Source: Takakia lepidozioides (Eukaryota > Plantae > Bryophyta). Taken from it: a stretch of 64,000 nt of DNA. Each line of letters starts with the position of its first letter. Positions within the stretch are counted from its first letter, which is position 1. A program made the translations under genes and the position numbers. Below the pieces are notes generated by a model, which did no database searches, had not been told where the DNA came from, and worked only from the letters and a program-made list of their open reading frames with translations. Positions 21,836 through 35,510 of the stretch are shown here, one piece after another. The DNA is taken from the NCBI GenBank assembly GCA_030704615.1, contig CM060734.1:59582001-59646000 (forward strand), read 5' to 3'.

Positions 21836-23946
21836 AAACCATTGCCTCCCTCTGGGCAATCCTTCTTGACATGGGGTCCTCCACATGTCCCGCACACCAC
21901 ATCCGCCCGTTGTTGGCTTGCAAATGAAGGGAGTGACCCATCTGAGGTCATCTCTGCCCTTCCCTGGGCTTCACCTAAGCCCCCTTGTTGCCTTGAGCAC
22001 GTTGAGGTAGTGGCTGCATAGGAGCACCACTACCCCGTGGTGCTTCCTTAGCAAATCCCACCATGACCACTCGTTCTTCCACCATGTTGAGCTCTATCCG
22101 CGCAAAAACACATTTGCTAAGGTGGGTTGGGCCGCTTGTAGGAGAGTTGCATCCCGCACCCTTCTCCTCAGCTCCTTGTCCAATATCCCGTACCAGAATT
22201 GGACTGCCTGAGCTTCCGTAATCCCTTGGGTTACATTAATCAAGCGCCTCATGCGAATGAAAGCCTCCCTCAAACTCTTAATAGGCTTCCTCTGGAACTC
22301 TTGCAAACTCCTCAACTTCTCTGTCTTCACCCCTTGGTAGTTCTTTCTTAACTCTTCGAAGAACTCCACAACATAGTTGAAGGCAAGCACCGCCACTGGT
22401 GGTGGTGGTGGTGCAGCAATAGCTTGGATGGACGTCATAGCCTTTGTACCACTAGTCCCACTACTGCTCGTGGAAGTTGCCGGTGCAGCTGCCGGTGTGG
22501 CTGCTGCCCTTGTCCCTCTAGTGATGGAGACATAGTCGGGTGACCAGTACATCCTCCACTCCTCGATCTCAATATCGTGCCCCCGCCTAGACTCATGGTA
22601 ATCATCCATGGGCAGCCCCTCAAGGTGCTGAAACAGCCCCTTCCATGCCATGAAAGGCGTAAACAGTTCTGGATTGCGCATTTGCTGCAAGTCACACCAA
22701 CTATCAAACTCTTGGATAAAGTCATCCAACTCGATGGTGCCCACCGCCCCAGAGTACCTACGTGGCCCCTTGGTGGCTCCATACATCTCCTCCATTGTGT
22801 TCCACAATAATAACAAGGAAACAACTTGCACCGCCGGTGTAAGTCCTCTTGATTCACAATCCGAATCAGAACCTTCCGTAGAAGACACAGGAGTTGAAGG
22901 TGGCCTAAACCGCACACCTCGTCTCGTATACCCGCTAGTATCGCTAGTGATCGTACCGGCACTTTCCACGCAACTAGTGGCACCTCCGTGTTGACAAACT
23001 GACACTCAACCGGTCATGAACCTGTCTCTAACCCCCTCTCCACAAGGTAACCGGGTAGAGAACCTGATGCGGCTTATGGTTTGGAATACTAGGTTCCTAA
23101 CATAGCCTGCACCTGCACCTGCATCCACCGCATGCACTCCCATGGTTGGTTGGTCATCACCTCCAACCTCACTGCAGGAGAAACAAAGATGGTCTGACTG
23201 GTCATTAACCCAGCCTCACCATCAACAACATGCTCTAGGGTTGGGTCGGCGATCAAGCCCGAGTCAACCACCTATAAAATCAAGCGCCTATACAAACTAG
23301 CATGACGCATAATCAAGCATGCAGGTGTGGAGGGGATCCAAACACAAGAATGAAAACAACAACTCCCCCACACCAAAAACAATACCACAGTGTCGCTCCT
23401 GCAACCCAGCCCAAACCCGGACTGACTCTTGCTTCCACCTACAGAAAGGTCTCGGCCTACATAGAAGGTGGGAAGCTAAAGCAATGCCTATCCCCAGCAC
23501 GCTCTCATCCCAACACCATCTTTTTCTTCTCTTCTCTCACTTGCATGATCATGAGAGCATCTTGTAGACACTCCTCAAACCGCCCTCCACGAGCTCATGA
23601 AACTTAGCCCATGCAAGCCTCCACAGGGTCCGCCAGTGCCTCCTTACGTCCACCAACCATTTCTCAACCACCTCAGGAAACCATGCCATTCAGTGAGGTT
23701 AAAAAATGGAGCAAATACATATAGGCCTCAACAACATTCTGTCCAAAGGAATTACCTGCAGGCTGGTCTCCCCCATAGTTAAGAATTGGGCTGAAAACCC
23801 GAAAAGATTACCTGCAGGGAAGTAGTCCCTTTTGTTAAAACGCAACAGGGAGGCAATTCCGACTTTTCTGCCGGACCAGCTAGTTCAAAACCGTTGTTCT
23901 CCAGAGCCCAGCCTCCCCATCAAGGTCCCACGAAACAAGTGAAAAA

Positions 23947-23991
<45 letters not shown>

Positions 23992-25177
23992 CCACATTGC
24001 ACCTGTTGCCAATGAGCTATGGCTTCTGCGAAGCCACCAAACCTACTGTCATGCTCGCTTGGGCTCTCACGGCCCACCAGAGGTGCCCCCAACTCAACAA
24101 GCAAGCTATATGCTGCCCAACAAGCTTCATTTCTTCATGAAGCTCACAAAAAAACGAATCTGAAAATACACACCTTTACAAACTTGGTACACATGCACTT
24201 CTCATGCATATCCCCTGGCTCTAGGACGCCTCACTGCTGCTCTTCTAGCCCCACTCTTGCCCACTCCAAGAGCCCTTACACTGCTGAGTTTCAGATTAAA
24301 ACTCCAACTCAGCACATGCTTTACAAGTGCACTGATTTGCACACAAGAGGGACCAGCCCCCTCTCTTCACTCATACCTCTTCATGAGCTTGGAGCTGAAG
24401 CTCCCAACAAGCTGCGATGCATCCCCTCGCAGCTCCACTATTCGGTTGTTCCTCATCTACCCGCAACAACTGATTTCGGGCATAAATACCTGGAGCTGAT
24501 CATATCATCTCCAACCTGCAACACGCTAGCTTCCCATGAGCAGCCCACATTCCTGCAGCTCGTTAACTCGGCCTACAACTGAAGAAGACGACCACCAGTT
24601 TGCCCACTCGTGGCCAGCCTCTCCTCCGCTTTACACTAGAAGCCCAAACTTGGTTGTCATAGCGTTGAGCTATGCAACACTGACCGCCTCTCTATCCATT
24701 GCAAACATGTAACCTATTCGCCTTCGCACTCTAACCGCTTTGGATAGGTTCATGCATGGATCCCTGCACTCTAGGCAGAACCGCTTTTCATGATCTGAAA
24801 ACACAAGTGCTACAACTAACTCGAACCTGGCACTCACAGACTTGAGCTGATCTTTCTCGAATGATAAAGAAAGAATGATACAAGCACACAAGCTCTCTCA
24901 AACTTACACACTTGCACATAAAACCATCACTCATATATTAAGTCGTGTCAAGTGCACCCCACGCCATGGGGAATCCACACTACAGCGCCATAGCTAGATG
25001 CGGTGAGGCTCAACTCGAGAAAAATGAGCCCACCGCGATCTGCCGTGAAGATAACAACGCTAGGTGCCCAAACATATATTGGCCCCTAGATTGACACTTG
25101 GGTCAATCCCAAATGTCAATACATAAAAACTAGCTATTTCCTAGCTAACTTCACACTAGCGGTAAAATAACTTGAGA
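21836..25177 (-). mobile_element. 5' fragment (diverged X, leader, gag) of a sister subfamily, copy E
   Basis: Gag ORF 22094..23005 homologous to 15160..16287 and close to 61944-63590; diverged X at 24862-25177; truncated after the first zinc knuckle. Confidence 0.85.
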
Positions 25178-25239
25178 TGTCCAATGTCATCTAAATCCAA
25201 ATGCATCTTTTTCCACAGAGCCTACGACCAGATTTGAAT

Positions 25240-25513
25240 CGGAGACCTTTCTCTTGAGATCTCTCATGTCGAGGCTCCAACCATTGTCCCAGGAATGCCC
25301 ATTTTGCTATTTTTCGTGAATTTCCAGCTACCAAAAGTACTTGGAATTCCACATCTCCCACACCGCATGTCCAAAAATTATGAGACCAATCCCGTGCACC
25401 CCTCCTCGTCGAGGGCTTTCCAACGGTACCAAGCACTAGCGCTGGGCCCCGCGGTTCGGGACATCTCAACGTGACAAAACAAACAAACAAAGTAGCTTCC
25501 TTCATATATTGAT
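25240..25513. repeat. Dispersed non-coding repeat, inverted partner at 32559-32842
   Basis: Shared blocks such as CCCCTCCTCGTCGAGGGCTTTCCAA and AAAAGTACTTGGAATTCCACATCTCCC in reverse complement. Confidence 0.85.
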
Positions 25514-26039
25514 GTTTTAGGCAGATCATTAGGAACTTTACTTGAAATTATTCAAAGAAAAAAAAATTAAAACCTTGCCATGAGACATAGAGTCAAATTG
25601 AAAGTTTAGCTACAGCCATCCACGCACAATTCACCAGCACCTTGGCAAGAAACAGTCTTTTGTGCACTAGCCCGTCACCATCTCACTGCACCTGGGCAGC
25701 ACTCCCACCAGTCTGATGGAGAGACCTCAACTTGCCCCTCCATGGTTTCACCAGAGTTTGACAGAGATGTCAATTGGTGCCACATCAAATCGGCGGCTAG
25801 ATTGAAATGTCGCTGAGCCTTCTTACACTTTGGATTAGTTTCAGAGTGCTAGGTCAAGATCTCACCTTGGTTTAGTGGTAGTTTGTTTCATGAGAACCTT
25901 CAAGCTCCCCCTTCCTTCCAGGTTTGTATGGCTACCTAATTCTTTGTCTCCAAGTGATAAGAGCATGTGTTTCAAGTCTAAACTGTTTGAGCCATCAAAT
26001 CATGGACGTCCCATAGGTTGTCTATCATATCCTTCATGA

Positions 26040-26760
26040 CATGGACACTATCTTCCTGGAACATTCGTGGTATTGGATCAAACGCATTTGCCCGAAAAGG
26101 CGTCAAATTCAGCACTGGGCTTTCTCCTTCAACTCCTCAAATGCTATCATCTTTCTTCAAGAACATAAACTCAATGCTACGAAGATTAAATCTCTTGCTC
26201 AGTTTTTTTGGCCTTCTTAAGTTGCTACCAAGATTCCAACTATCATAGACTCTCACGTGGGATGACAACTAGCCCCTGGCTCTTTTAATACTAGATTTTG
26301 AAAAGACATTTGATAATGTCAATTGGGATTTTCTGCTGGGGGCCTTGGCCTGTGCTGATTTTAATATGAACTTCCTCTCTTGGATTCTCATAATTCTTTT
26401 CTCTGCTTCAGCCAGTGTCGCGGTTAATATTGGTGCTCTCTCTATTTGCTTCCCTTTTGATAGGTTAGTACGGCAGGGCTATCCGCTTGATCCCCTTCTC
26501 TTTCTTATTGTTGCACCAGATAGCCTTGGTCACCTTCTTGATGCTTCTTCGGGTATGGTTGGCTTCAAAGTGCGAAGATCCTAGCTTAAGGTACATTCTA
26601 TCAAGGCCTCCTTATATGTGGATCATGACACGGTTCTTTTCATTGACAAGAGCTCCAATGTCACTTGTTCACTCAAAGCCTTGTCTTCCTTTTGTCTGGC
26701 TTCTGATCTTAAAGTGAAGTGGCCTAAATCAGTTGGCATGCTTGCCAAGCCGAAAACTTC
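26040..26760 (+). pseudogene. Degraded L1-type LINE ORF2 fragments
   Basis: SWNIRG endonuclease start, LDFEKTFDNVNWDFL and VRQGYPLDPLLF RT motifs, with stops and deletions. Confidence 0.8.
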
Positions 26761-27869
26761 ATCTCCGGTAGCTCATTGTGCCCCGTGCCTAGACATCGCT
26801 CCAATTTCCTCAGCAGACAAAGCAAAGCAAATTTGGGGCCAGGATATATTAAGTAGGGTATAACCTAACGAAGCTTGTCGGCGGCCTCAGAGCAACGTGA
26901 AGCACGAATCAAGAAGATTTCTTTTCGGAGGAAGATGGGCAGTTGCAGGATTGGGTGGATCAAAAGCGGCACATGTTGAGTCCATTGAAAGTCTATGTTT
27001 TTTTTTTTTTTTGAATCTATTGCTTTCAGTTTATTAAAAAAAAAAAATAGTAGTATATATAATTTTTTTAGTAAGGAGTCCCTCCTCAAAGATTGAAAAC
27101 ATTCTTTACTAGATATTTTGATCTTTAATTTGAAAAAACATTTAGATATCAAAATCTAGAATTTACAACCACTTGTCCATATACCACCTAGCACCTCTAG
27201 ATTATAGGTTTGTATGCATTTTTAGTAAAAGAAGACACCTCAAAAACCCAAAACATAAGATGCTATGGACTAGAGCAAATCAACCTGTTTTTAGGTGCAA
27301 AATAGTCCATAGCTCTCAATTCCTAAGATAATTAGTCCACATAAAAGTGGATTTGGGTTGGATTTAAAAATGGCACCCCTAGTGTGTTTTCCTTTGTGTC
27401 ATTGTATGAGTGTACATGATGTTTTTTCAGTTTATAAGATTTTCTGTGTAACATCAGTAATCAATTCAAAAGTTCATGGCTCTCTGGTACATGATTGTTT
27501 TTGCAATCTAACAATTGGTACACATACATATTGTAGCTAGAAACCCTACACCATATAAATTTAGATGAAATATTGAGTTGTTGGACAAATATAGGTAAAA
27601 CCATGTAGGGAGGTCATTGTAGAAACTGCCATGTTACGCAAAAACTGAGACACCCAATCCTGCAAATACCCAGACGACAACGACTTTGGAAGTCAATTTT
27701 CACAAAGCTCTTTCAACCCTGATCAAGATAGTCAAATCTCCAGTAACCAACTCGAGCATGTCACTCCGTTAGCATCATTTTCATAAGTATGCAGCTCATT
27801 TGGAATACCTATACTTGCACTACATAATGCAACTACTAGATCCAAACTTCCCACATTCAGGACGCTAGA

Positions 27870-28840
27870 AAGTGTTGGTAGGCCAAAAAGCGTCGTACCA
27901 ACGTGACAATGAAGTAGGTACTGAATTGCCGGTTGATGATATGGATGTTGAATTGCCGTCAAGTGATCATGTTGTTCTTACAAAGAAGCAAGCAAGGGCT
28001 ACTCCAAAAATATCCGCTCGGATGACCACCAAAGCAAAAAATCAAGGCAAAACAAAATTAAACGATAACAAAGATTATGAATCAGATGATGATGATGGTA
28101 CAAAGCACGGCCCGAAGTGGAAGGACCATCAGGTGATAAACCTCATACATCTGCATAGAGAGATGCATACAAGTTTGCAGGAATGAAAAAACAAGGTTTG
28201 TGTATGTCTTCAATACCCATATTGCCTCTCACTAGTTGAATCACCAATGTTGTACTATATTTAACTCTCTCAATAATGCAATCTGAGAGTACAACTGTCT
28301 GTCTAATATTCTATTGCGGTTGTTGGTTTCAGGTGTTGATAATTGTGCTCTACTCCATGTAAAATTGGTTGCAGCCTGCCCCGATTTTGATCGTAGCAGT
28401 GATGCATGCAGGACGAAGTGAAAGAAGATATATGAGGACTACAATGCTGATTACATTGCCAACGAAATTAGTGGGAATGGAAAATCCGCAAAATGTAAGT
28501 GGTACATGTTTGTTGACAATTGGAGGCATGAAAGAGCAAATGTTTTCAACCATCATCATGGTGGTGCTACAGATGCTGACCCCAATGGTGGGAATGTTGA
28601 AGAAGAACCAAAGGGTTTAGGTGTTGACACTGATGCATAACCAAAACCAAGTTTTACAACTCCATAGACCCTGACTGGGTGAAAATGAGAAAAAACAAAC
28701 AACATAAGAAGCAATCAAGGAGCTTTCTTAACAATCAAAATTATTCCTTGATAATATGAAAGAAACCGAGAATGCAAAATTAGCATTACTCCAGCAAATG
28801 CTCGGTACAATGTCCAAACTTGTGAAGAAATTTTAGAGGA
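27870..28840 (+). pseudogene. Myb/SANT-like (trihelix) ORF of a PIF/Harbinger element, decayed
   Basis: GPKWKDHQVINLIHL...RSSDACRTK*KKIYEDY...CKWYMFVDNW, convergent with a Harbinger transposase. Confidence 0.6.
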
Positions 28841-28999
28841 GGGCACCAAATGAAGTACCTACTCCTCACCGAGTTCATCCTTGCTCGATAGTCCTACATA
28901 ATGGTTTGGGCATATTTGTTCCATGTCTCTTATTTTCTTTCGGCTGAATAAAGATTTTGCAATGGAATTTCGTCTCATACACATTTCTTCGGTGCTTGC

Positions 29000-31160
29000 G
29001 TTATCCCCTGTATTCTAACCTGGAAATGTACCTTCACCATCGACATGTGGTCATGTGCGAGTACTGAATTGTTGTGCTATAAGCTTCACACCATTCATCT
29101 CCCATATTGTGTCATCTACTTTAGTTGCTGCTTCATGTGTTTGCCTTGAAGCATGCCCTGCGCAACCTCTTTGAATCCTTGCTTGCAAATCACCTTGAGC
29201 TTCTTCAATCCAAGAGGTGTTAAATGAGTCTTTGTGAGTGATGGTGATATTATGCAAAATCAAACAAGCTGTAACGTGAATGGGTACATATTCCAAATTG
29301 CTATCCATTCATTTTAATAAAATCCTCCAGCTTCCCTTCAGTATGCCAAAAGCTCATTCTATGATTCCATTTGGTGTAATAGCTGTTTGTGTCGTTTTGA
29401 TATTTAGTTGTTGTGGCTGCTTGTAATGACTGACCAAGAGCTGAATAGGTAGACTATTGTTGTCGTGATTGAACACGAGCTGCAGCTGAAGGGGGGAAAC
29501 GTGTGGATTTAGTTTTGGCTTCATCATGAATAACGCATCACCCAGAGTAGCAACTGTTTTTGTTCTCCTTGATGTTTGAGTGCTGGGAGGTTGGAAGTCA
29601 TGGAAACAAAGGGTTAAGAGTTTATTTATGGATAGTGGCAAGGCTGGTTATTTTACGTACTGGAATGCAGTTGCATTCATTTGTACATGTCTCTTCATTG
29701 GTGGCCATGGCTGCTAACCATCATTCGTGGCCGTTGCTGAATAATTGTCGAAGATACGATGTCGGCTTTGCCTGGCTTTTGGTGCCTCTTTGACATGTGG
29801 TCTCTGTCGTTGTACTATGCAACCTGAGCCCTTGGGAACCTGTGGAAGTCTCTTCATGTGTTTTGTTTTTCCCTCTATCTCTACCTCTCTATTTCTATTG
29901 GGCAAACCACATGCAGGTTCAATTGTTGATGACGTTGGGATGTCTGCAGGGGTCCGGGAGTGCGATGTCACAACAGCCGGAGGGAATCACCAATTGGAGA
30001 AGTGGAGTGCATTCACGGCAGAATGACATGTCAGCAGAGATAGTTGAGAGTCGATGAGAGGTTAAGGACATGATGGCGTTGGTGCTCAAAGCAATGAGTG
30101 ATGCTGCCATGGTTCTTAAAGCATCGCCTCCCCGTGGGCAAGAAGCTCCTACAGACACCGGTAAATTAACTATTGCTAGGAAGAGTCTAGGATCTGCATT
30201 TAAAGATGCAGAAGAGGGGGGGGGGGGGGGGGGGGGGATCACCTGCACAAAATTCCAATTTGTCTGCTCCCCAGTAAATCTATCTTTGCTTCCAATAAAT
30301 GGAGCAAACATCCATGGCGTGCATTGGTAAGTAGCGTCACCTAGAAGGGCATAGGGATTCAAGCCACCACTATGGTATACACGGCCAATATGTGATTTTC
30401 CAAACAAGTTCCAGTCATGAATACTACCACACCACCCTATATCATAATCCCAAAAGCAACATGAGGTGTCGACAATGCCTTGTAGTAAGACAGAATGAAA
30501 ACTTTTTTTGTTATGATAATCAGATGCACATGCTCAACAGGATCAATAATCAGAATATGACTGCCATCAATTGCCTCTATGCACCATGGTATACCATATA
30601 AAGATTCAAAATCTTTACTCATCTCTCTCATTCTGGATGCAGAGGGCCATTTGATGTAGAGATCACGACCCCTAGTCTTCAGTGCATGACAAAATTCCAA
30701 TACGATATTCTGAGCAATAGAAATTCCTACTCCATAGCAATATGAGAGTATACTCAAGGTACTACCAGTGGCCAACCTTGCTACAGAAGTAGCAACCCTA
30801 GTCTCCACTGGAATAGCAATTCGACGCCTAGTATCTTGTTTCTTCAGAAAACGAGCTACATGTGCATACAAGTACGAAAAAGTTTCTCTGAAGACATGCG
30901 CATTGTATCCTTGAACATTCTGGCACAGTAAGATCCCATGAGATAAGTGTCTGCAAAACCTTTAGGTCTCTCAAATGCATGGATCCTTCCCTTCTTCGAA
31001 CCAGACCTGTTTTCTTGCAATATTAAACTGTGAAGCATGGTCAATACAGTTTGGAGATGGTTGTTGATTGCTAGAAAATTTCTACTCGACATAGCCTCTA
31101 AAATAATGATCATGGAAAACTGAAGAGCAAGTATTGCAAGGAGATCACTTCCCGAAGGCT
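29000..31160 (-). pseudogene. PIF/Harbinger (HARBI1-like) DDE transposase remnant with internal insertion (~29400-30240)
   Basis: DTRRRIAIPVETRVA...LATG, GIPWCIEAIDGSHI, LLGDATY, FGILKGSWRIL, ACLILHNI. Confidence 0.85.
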
Positions 31161-32558
31161 CCATGGTTGTATGCAATACTCTCCACAAGAAACCTTGATA
31201 AAAAACCAGACAATTTGACAATATATCTTGTCCACTACTTGGTGTGAAAACGCTGTGAAGCTTGTTCGCTGCGTTCCCGCAACTTTTGATGACAGGGAAC
31301 GCATCAACTTTTGATGACATGGCGTCTATGAAGCGGCTGAAATGGTGGACAAACGTTGTTTTTGAGTGTTTTGTCCGGTCGCTAGTCTAGAAGGGACCTT
31401 ATTGGTCATGACCCGACCGACCAGCACCGCCGTGCCCTTGTCATTGCTAAGCTGAAACATAAATTATCTTATACGGCAGAGGCCACACTAGTCATTTTCA
31501 AATGGCCTTTTAAGAGCATGCCATGGATGCGATTATTCACAATAATAATAACACTAATAATAGACATACAATTGTTTATCCGGGGAAGATGTTGTGAGTG
31601 GGACCCAAAACAAATAAAAAATCAGGGACGGAACTTTATTTGGTTTTTCTCCCTGCCGAGTCTTTAATTTGATCAAGAGGTCCTCTTTTAAACCGAAAAT
31701 GAAAAAATGAAAGGAGGTTACTCAGCTAATAGTGGTTGTTGAGAAACAAAAAACAATGCATGTGGCTGCTGGGATTCAAACAATCAAGTGCTATTTCGGT
31801 TTTTATTGAGCTACAGCCACTTCCATGTTACAAATGAACACTAATTTACATCTATATAGAAAAAAAAAATAGTATATTATTGTTGCAGCCCATCATTTCT
31901 AATTGGCCTTTGAAGAGCATGCCATGGATGTGATTATTTCACAATAATAATCTGAAAGGGGGTTAATTTTTCCCCCTCCTCAAGATTTAAAAATAATAAT
32001 AACACTAATAATAGACATACAGTTGTTTATCATGGGAGGATGCTGTGTTTTTTTTTTTCTTTTCATTTAGCTACAGCCCCTTCCATGCTACAGACGAACA
32101 CTAAGTTAAATTTATACAAAAAAAAACAAGTGTATTACTGATGCAATCCATCATTTTTATTTATTTATTTATTTTCCTGGGAACAGGGACGGAGCCCTGA
32201 GAACTTTATTAAATGATTATTTAAGGGAAAAAAATTAAAACCCTTTAAATGCCCGCAGGCTGCCATAAGGCATAACACCCGGAGGACCATGCAAGATAGG
32301 TCGAGGACCATAACCAAGAGTGGACTCTCGAATTGACTATTATGAACCCACAGGGACTCGATGCCTTATCTAAAACCTTGAAGACCTTGGTAAGATCCTC
32401 AAGAAACCATTAACCGTAACGGAGGTAGGTCTGGATCTACGACAGTGGACAAAATTGAGAACATGGAAGCAGAAGGATGGTGAGGGAGAGGGTGTATGGA
32501 GGAGGCCGGGAGTCATTAAGTTCTAAATGGCCTTTGAAAGGCATGCATGGATGTGATT

Positions 32559-32842
32559 ATCAATATATGAATCAAAGATGGTTGTTGTGTTTTGCAGCGT
32601 CGTTGAAATCTCCCAAACCGCGGGCCCAGCGCGGGTGCTTGGTGCCATTGGAAAGCCCTCGACGAGGAGGGGTGCACCGGCTTGGTCTCATGATTTTTGG
32701 ACCTGCGGTGAGGGAGATGTGGAATTCCAAGTACTTTTGTCGTCGCTGGAAATTCACAAAAAATGGCAAAAATGGCAAAGCGGGCATTCATGGGACAATG
32801 GTTGGAGCCTCGACAGGAGAGATATCAAGGGAAAGGTCTCCG
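32559..32842. repeat. Dispersed non-coding repeat (inverted copy of 25240-25513)
   Basis: Direct sequence comparison. Confidence 0.85.
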
Positions 32843-33239
32843 GTTCACGGTGACATTGACACGGTGTAAGGTCCTTCGACCACATTTTCTCTTGACTTGA
32901 ACATGTTGTGTAGTCTCTCTCTACAAGAGAGCAAAAAATGTGGCGGTTTTAAAACAAAAATCCTCTCGGTACTGTACTCACTGAGCGTTGTAAGAATGAC
33001 TAGAACTCGGCGAGATGAGGTGTTAGCCCCCATAGCGTGCGCTTGTTAGCGATACTGGTTACAGCTAGTTTGTCGAAGCTGGCTGGCTGCTCTAGGGGGA
33101 CGTGTTTTGGTTATTTGGTTAAGCTTGGCTACTCCTTTCTTAAGGATGCCTCATTATGGATGTTAAGTGGTCCCGTAAGTGGAGACATCTGTCTGGTGCT
33201 TGGCTTGGGATTTGGAGGGATGAGGGAAAAACGAGCTTC

Positions 33240-33640
33240 TAAAGTCAGCGGCTTCCTGTGGGAATATTTGGGCAATAGGATTCTGCCCATCGGTGACTTT
33301 AATTCTATTAATGATAATGTGCAGCTCCCTTGTGTTTGTTGTCATATGCTCTTTCTTCCTTCCATTGAGCACTGCTTTGTTTCTTGCTCTCTAGCCAATA
33401 GAGTTTGGCGCCTTGCCACTGAATTCTATTCCTTTTGGAGATCCGACTTTCCTGTTAATCCATTGGTGCTTTTGCTTAATTGTTATTCTGGTTCACTATG
33501 GAATAACTACCCAGTTTGGGCTCCCCTTCGTGCTCATGTTCTGTGGAACATATGGAAAGTTAGGTGCTCTACTGTTTTCGGTGAAATTGAGCATCTTGTG
33601 AAAACGGTCATTATAGGGTCCCTCGGACTTATTGTTTGAG
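33240..33640 (+). pseudogene. LINE 3' zf-RVT remnant
   Basis: CVCC...SIEHCFVSCSLANRVW...LWNIWKVRCSTVF. Confidence 0.75.
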
Positions 33641-34109
33641 GCTAGGAAGGCTTTGCGGGTGCTGTGTAACTATTCATATACGTTCTTAGGAAAAGCGACA
33701 ACAACTGCTCAGTGCCTTTGACAAATTTGCATGGGGGTATAAAGGCTATATCTGCACAAGACAATGCGAATCTTCAATTACATGGAACGACTCCCTCCCG
33801 CAAAGTTGGGAGTTCTCTTAGTGCTAGGTGTTCGCGGTTGATGGTGATGAGCATGAGATTAATTGGAAGCATAGACGCAGTTTGAGGAAAGATAGATCTA
33901 GGGCTCATATGACTTTTAAGCAGGGTAAGAGGAAAAGGGATAGCTATTGAGTTCCTTGTCACTATGCCAGCTCCGTTTGGCTCTCTTTCTTCTCTACTTT
34001 CCTCAATGTTAGTGTCCCCTATTAGTGAATGGTCAGGGGGTAATGTCCCCTTTGTTCGGCCCCATGACGTTTATTACAAGGTTATTTTTTCCTTGTTTTA
34101 TAAAGTTAA

Positions 34110-34932
34110 CCCTTAAGTTCCCAAGCGACCTGAATCGGGTCACTTTGAATTTGAGGTTCCACCTAATTTTTGCAGATCTAATCTGATGGGGCCCACTCCT
34201 GAAGCTTTAATGACAAGGGATTTGTCTCGAGTATGATGCAAAAAACAAAACTAAAAAAAAACAAAAGCTGCGACCTACAAAAAATATCTTAGATCTCATT
34301 TTTACGTTTTGGGCCTGAAAATGGCTTGCTGACCGCTGACGTGGCAGGTAAACAAGCCCAAAACAGATTGCACTCCAAAGGCCATTTTTGGCAGAAAATT
34401 AGCAATTTTGGAAAAAACACTTCACCATCTGGTGTGTGAGCATTACATACACACATCCACCATTGGCTTTCAAAAACATTGTAGAAAAAAAAGTACTTCA
34501 TCTGGAGGCACATTTTCTCTTGTCAATTTTGAGATTTCAACCCCCAAGTAATTGCATGAATAACAACCATAGGTGAAAAAATCAGTTGGACCTGCAATTT
34601 AGTGGGGTCATAGCCACTCCACTATTGATTTGGAAATGGTGGGTCTTGGGGCAAGCAATATTGGATAAAGCTAGGTTTTGATTTGGTCAAACCAATTTCT
34701 TTCTCACTTTTTCTTTGGGACCTGATATTTGAGGTCCCGGCAAACGCTATAATCTCACAATTTCCACGGTGGCCTTGGCTCCTTTTTTGGTATGTCATGC
34801 ATAAATGAGCTGGGCCCATTGCTATAAGGCTGGAATCTCTGGATGATTTTCGGTAGGTTTCTAGGGGCAATTTACTGCAGCTGGGTACCCAAAATTGGTA
34901 AAAAGTCAAAAAAGGGCTTGGGAACTTAAGGG
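34110..34932. mobile_element. piggyBac-type non-autonomous element (MITE)
   Basis: Perfect 17-bp TIR CCCTTAAGTTCCCAAGC / GCTTGGGAACTTAAGGG flanked by TTAA at 34106-34109 and 34933-34936. Confidence 0.85.
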
Positions 34933-35510
34933 TTAATGGGCTGGCCGCTGAAGTTTCTTTTATTTAAAGAGTCATAAGGAGCAAATATTTAATACTTAAA
35001 TAGTACTTTTAACATAATAAGATTATAAAAGAGAGTGATTCGCTGTCGAAAGAGGGTGGCACCTATTTTATTACAGTAGATCACTTGTGCGGATGAAAGC
35101 AAAGAGTTGAGCGGCGAAGGCTAAGTTCCACCCCGAGACATTCACCGGGGAGGTTGTCTGGTGTGGAATTCGGACCACGGTCCACGCAAAAGGGAGACAG
35201 ACAATCATTCCAGGATAAGAATGGCGTCATACGCCCTACCAAGCCTTTGCACTTCAGCATGTAGAGATGTATATCACTAGTATTAGCTGACTGGAAGGTT
35301 TGGGCCTGGTTTAAGTAGAACACTGACATTGCACTGCAATTCTCCAAGCTTTCGTGACACAAATCGACTTCCATCTGCCCATGATAGTCTCAGAGACTGC
35401 ACAGGAATATGTACTCTGGAAAATTCGCTCATGCTGGAGGAAGTTAACGAATAAGAAGAGCTCATCGGGTGGGCTTGAAACGGCCAACTTGACATCTGGA
35501 GGCCCAGAAT

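Noticed and set aside
31495-32560. Local duplications of an AT-rich block (GCATGCCATGGATG...)
   Set aside because: Ordinary low-complexity intergenic duplication with no coding or structural signal.
25240-32842. One 7.6-kb transposon bounded by long inverted repeats
   Set aside because: The two copies are clearly diverged and no TSD was found; independent insertions of a dispersed repeat are simpler.
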